Of a stretch of 64,000 nucleotides of DNA, positions 60,548-64,000 are shown in pieces (the stretch's first letter is position 1; every line of letters starts with the position of its first letter). Origin of the DNA: Diplonema japonicum (Eukaryota; Protista; Euglenozoa: Diplonemea); contig OZ025693.1 of assembly GCA_964019335.1 (NCBI GenBank), forward strand, positions 248,001 through 312,000. Direction: 5' to 3'. A model generated the notes under the pieces. The model saw nothing but the letters and a program-made list of their open reading frames with translations, had not been told where the DNA came from and did not search any database. The position numbers were made by a program, and so were the translations under genes.

Positions 60548-61149
60548 TGGTCAAAAGGAGGCATAAATGAAAATGTTGTGTGTAAGAGTAGAAGAAAGGT
60601 CCCATCAGAAGAATTTACGAACAGAGGAATGAAAGGTTTGAATCAAGCCAGAAAGGTCATGCAACTGGTAATCAATGTGTCATCAAGTGGGTGGGGGGGG
60701 GGGGGGGGGGGGGAAAAGCAAAAGAAAAAATGTGAGTGAGAAACAAAAACAAAGAAAAAGGTACAAACCTTCCTGAGAGCAGAGTTGTGCCTCTCAGCAG
60801 TGGCCTTCGCCTTCTTCACGAATGAGTCGACGTTCTCGCTCTTCCCAAGGCTCTCCAGGTCCTCCGCAAGGGACACGGTGTCGATCCCAGAGGCACGGCC
60901 CATCCACGACAGGATCCTGTAGATGGAAGGGATGTCCTTCAGCTGCTCAGAGGCCCACGAGGCAACCCTCTTCACAACCTTCAAACGAAGAGTGTGGAAC
61001 TCCTCCTTCCCGGTGAAGGGCTCCCCGCCCTCCTCCATCCACGAAACGAACTTCTTGTCCCAGTCCCCACCAGAGGCTTGGAACATGGGGGCCTCCAAGA
61101 GGGCAGCCGAGCTGGCCCCGATAAGGGCGAGAAGGATGAGTTGTCTCAT
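58957..61149 (-). CDS. Secreted permuted NlpC/P60-type protein, copy 2; intron 60505-60768
   Basis: Near-identical to copy 1, with the same exon sizes. Confidence 0.75.
60601..60691 (-). ncRNA. Candidate intronic box C/D snoRNA, copy 2
   Basis: Same sequence as 55483-55573. Confidence 0.55.
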
Positions 61150-61828
61150 TATTTATATATGACCTTAGATACAGAGTGCAAGCTAACAATAAGTACGCTA
61201 AATAAATAAAAGAATAGAAAGGAATAAAGCAGAATTGGCCTAAAATAAAAAGATTAGAAAGCAGTGTGTAGCATGTGCTGAACCATCTCGCGGAGCTCAC
61301 AGCTCCCGCATGTGGATAAACATCAGTTTTCTATATCTTGTTATTCAGGACTTCTACTTAAAGTCACAGTGAGGCGCGGCACGTGGCTAGTGAAGATGCC
61401 GACTTCAGAATGGTGGCTCATGAGACATGGGGTTCCCCAGGTGATATCATTGTGTTGCACGTCCACACGAGGATTCAATAAGGCCACACGCGGTATTCGG
61501 GAGGCTGCACAGTTCACAGACGTAGCAACAGTGAAGAACAGAGGTTTACGAATAGCAGAAATGAAATAGAAGAATAAAACGTTTTTTCTTTTTTTGGCTT
61601 CTTTCTTATTCCAAAGCAATATGGTTAACAAAGGATAATAAACTTGTATTTCTTTCGGGCCGAGTGAAGTGGTTTACTTCTGTGCAGAGCGAAAAATCAA
61701 AACGACAAGCTTTACCATATTATTTTTTTTACGCCACAACAATGTGTTCATCCTGTTGTGTAGAACACGCTACTTTTATCATGAAGCAAGTACAGTAGCT
61801 GTTGTTTATCCGTGAAACTTGTTGTCAT

Positions 61829-63987
61829 CTAGCAAGTGCCCTGCTGCTTCCCGGGACCCCAGTAGTCAGGGCCCTGGCCAGGGATCCACGAGGGGCACTT
61901 CTCGGCCATGTGGCTGTAGATGGGGGCCTCGTTGTAGTTGTTGAAGTTCAGGGTGTAGGGACCCACAAGCTGGCAGTTCTGGTTCTCAGGGTCGCTGGTC
62001 TGGCAGATCTCAGGCCTCCCGGAGTTCATCTTCGTCTTGTCGAAGATGTTCAGGTCGTAGTCGTCCAGGTTGGTCAGCTCACCGCAGTTCACAGTGTCGT
62101 TGCCGAACAGGCCACCAGCCTTCCACATGCTGCACACGAACACACAGCACACCATGGACCTCCCCTTCACAGGCTTCCCGTAACGGGTTGTGTCGTAGAT
62201 CCACGAGTCCTGCTCCACAATGGTGGGGATCACGTCAGACGACATGTTCAGCTGCGTCTCGGCGTACATGAACATCTCGGCGGCAGTCAGCCCGGTCGTT
62301 CCAAGCCTCTTGTTCCATGCCTCCTCGTACAGAAGCTGGCCAACGGAGGGCACAATGTAGGCGGCGATGGGGAACAGGATCTCGATGTGGTTCCACTCCA
62401 AGCAGGCCTCGAAGTCAGGGGGAAGGCAGGGGTAGTTGTTCTTCACAGTGTCGATCCACCCCCAGAGCATGGTGTGGTACCCGTACTGGAGACCCTCGCT
62501 CTTGTAGAAGTGGTCCCACATGGCGGTCACGTTCAACTTGGCACGCTGGGCAGGGTCAAGAGGGGCCCACACAGCGTTGTAACCAGCCGCCTTCGCCTGC
62601 TGGATCCATATGTTGTAGGGAGTGCGCTGGATTCCGTTCACAGGCCAGTACGAGGAGTTCGTGGTGCTCTCAGTGATCCAAAGCTCGTTGTTCGCGTCCC
62701 TCATGGCAACAGTGGTGTGCCCGGTGGTGGAGCCCATGGCCCACCCAAGCATGGGGTCAAGACCATCAAGACGGATCACACCGATGAAGTCACCAGTCTG
62801 GATGAGGTCGGGGTTCACACCAGTGATGCCGGTGTTGTTCCTGGGCTTCATGAAGGGCTTGATCTTCTGGTAGTTGGTCAGGAAGTAGATGTTCTCCTCC
62901 ATCACCTTCTGGTCGGGGAAGTCAGGGTAGTGACCGGCCTCAGGCTGAAGGAAGAGCTGCACGGTGTCGAGAAGGTCGACCATGAGCTGAACCTCATCGT
63001 GGATGAAGGCGAAGAACCTGATACCCTTCTTGTTCAGGTCGTAGTCGACAGCGGTGGTGGCCCTCTGTGCCTTCCACACGATGGTGTGGCTGGGCTCCTC
63101 GTGCGAGAGCTTCATGAAGTGCATGCCGTCGACCGTCCCAAGGAGGTACACATCGCCAGTGTGGAGGACGGAGCACTCGGTGGCGGTGACAGTGATGGTG
63201 ATCTCGGTGTGCTGCTCGTTCCACACAGCCTTGGCCATGTTGTTCTTGCACCCCCTGTTGGTCCATGTCATGGCGGGGCCGTTGGGAACGACGTGCGCCT
63301 TGTCAAGGGGGATGAAGCCCCAGTAGGGGTACTTTGCCTCGCCAAGAGGGTGGAAGGGTTCGCCTTCCTTCCTCACCTGTGGTGTTGTGTTTTTGTGGTC
63401 AAAGGTGTAAAGAAAAAATGTTGTTGTGAGTGCAACAAAGGTCCCATCAGAAGAATTTACGAACAGAGGAATGAAAGGTTTGAATCAAGCAGAAAGGTCA
63501 TGCAACTGGTAATCAATGTGTCATCAAGTGGATGGGGGGGGGGGGGGGGAAGAAAGCAAAGGAAAAAATGTGAGTGAGAAACAAAAACAAAGAAAAAGGT
63601 ACAAACCTTCCTGAGAGCAGAGTTGTGCCTCTCAGCAGTGGCCTTCGCCTTCTTCACGAATGAGTCGACGTTCTCGCTCTTCCCAAGGCTCTCCAGGTCC
63701 TCCGCAAGGGACACGGTGTCGATCCCAGAGGCACGGCCCATCCACGACAGGATCCTGTAGATGGAAGGGATGTCCTTCAGCTGCTCAGAGGCCCACGAGG
63801 CAACCCTCTTCACAACCTTCAAACGAAGAGTGTGGAACTCCTCCTTCCCGGTGAAGGGCTCCCCGCCCTCCTCCATCCACGAAACGAACTTCTTGTCCCA
63901 GTCCCCACCAGAGGCTTGGAACATGGGGGCCTCCAAGAGGGCAGCCGAGCTGGCCCCGATAAGGGCGAGAAGGATGAGTTGTCTCAT
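61829..63987 (-). CDS. Secreted permuted NlpC/P60-type protein, copy 3; intron 63377-63606
   Basis: Same exon sizes; diverged at the start of exon 2. Confidence 0.75.
63443..63532 (-). ncRNA. Candidate intronic box C/D snoRNA, copy 3
   Basis: Boxes intact; terminal stem TCCA/TGGG (U-G replaces C-G); 1-nt internal deletion. Confidence 0.55.
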
Positions 63988-64000
63988 ATGCAATATGTCC

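Overview
Gene-dense eukaryotic (protist) DNA. All ~23 host protein-coding genes lie on the minus strand with short poly(A)/poly(T)-rich spacers and tiny, mostly A-rich GT-AG introns. This organisation suggests a euglenozoan, probably a diplonemid (inference). The stand-out locus is a three-exon gene (4086-8263, ~1366 aa) fusing DHBP synthase (RibB) and GTP cyclohydrolase II (RibA) to FIVE tandem, diverged lumazine synthase (RibH) domains. That equals a complete lumazine synthase pentamer ring encoded as one chain; the ORF track splits it because of two introns of 37 and 40 nt. Other genes: KIAA0930/DUF2045-PH, tepsin-like, FSH1 hydrolase, thioesterase, secreted MORN protein, PPR protein, Cys-rich Zn-finger protein, PDZ-TTC39, ADCY10-like cyclase, articulin-like repeat protein, PGM, transketolase, poly(A) polymerase, two identical cathepsin F/L-like genes flanking ADAT1, cathepsin D, VPS13 ending in two DysF domains, and three tandem secreted permuted NlpC/P60-like genes whose intron carries a C/D-box snoRNA candidate. 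Two decayed DNA transposons (Sola-like and piggyBac) and several structured-RNA candidates lie in spacers. Splice models and base pairings were derived by hand; no database searches were run.
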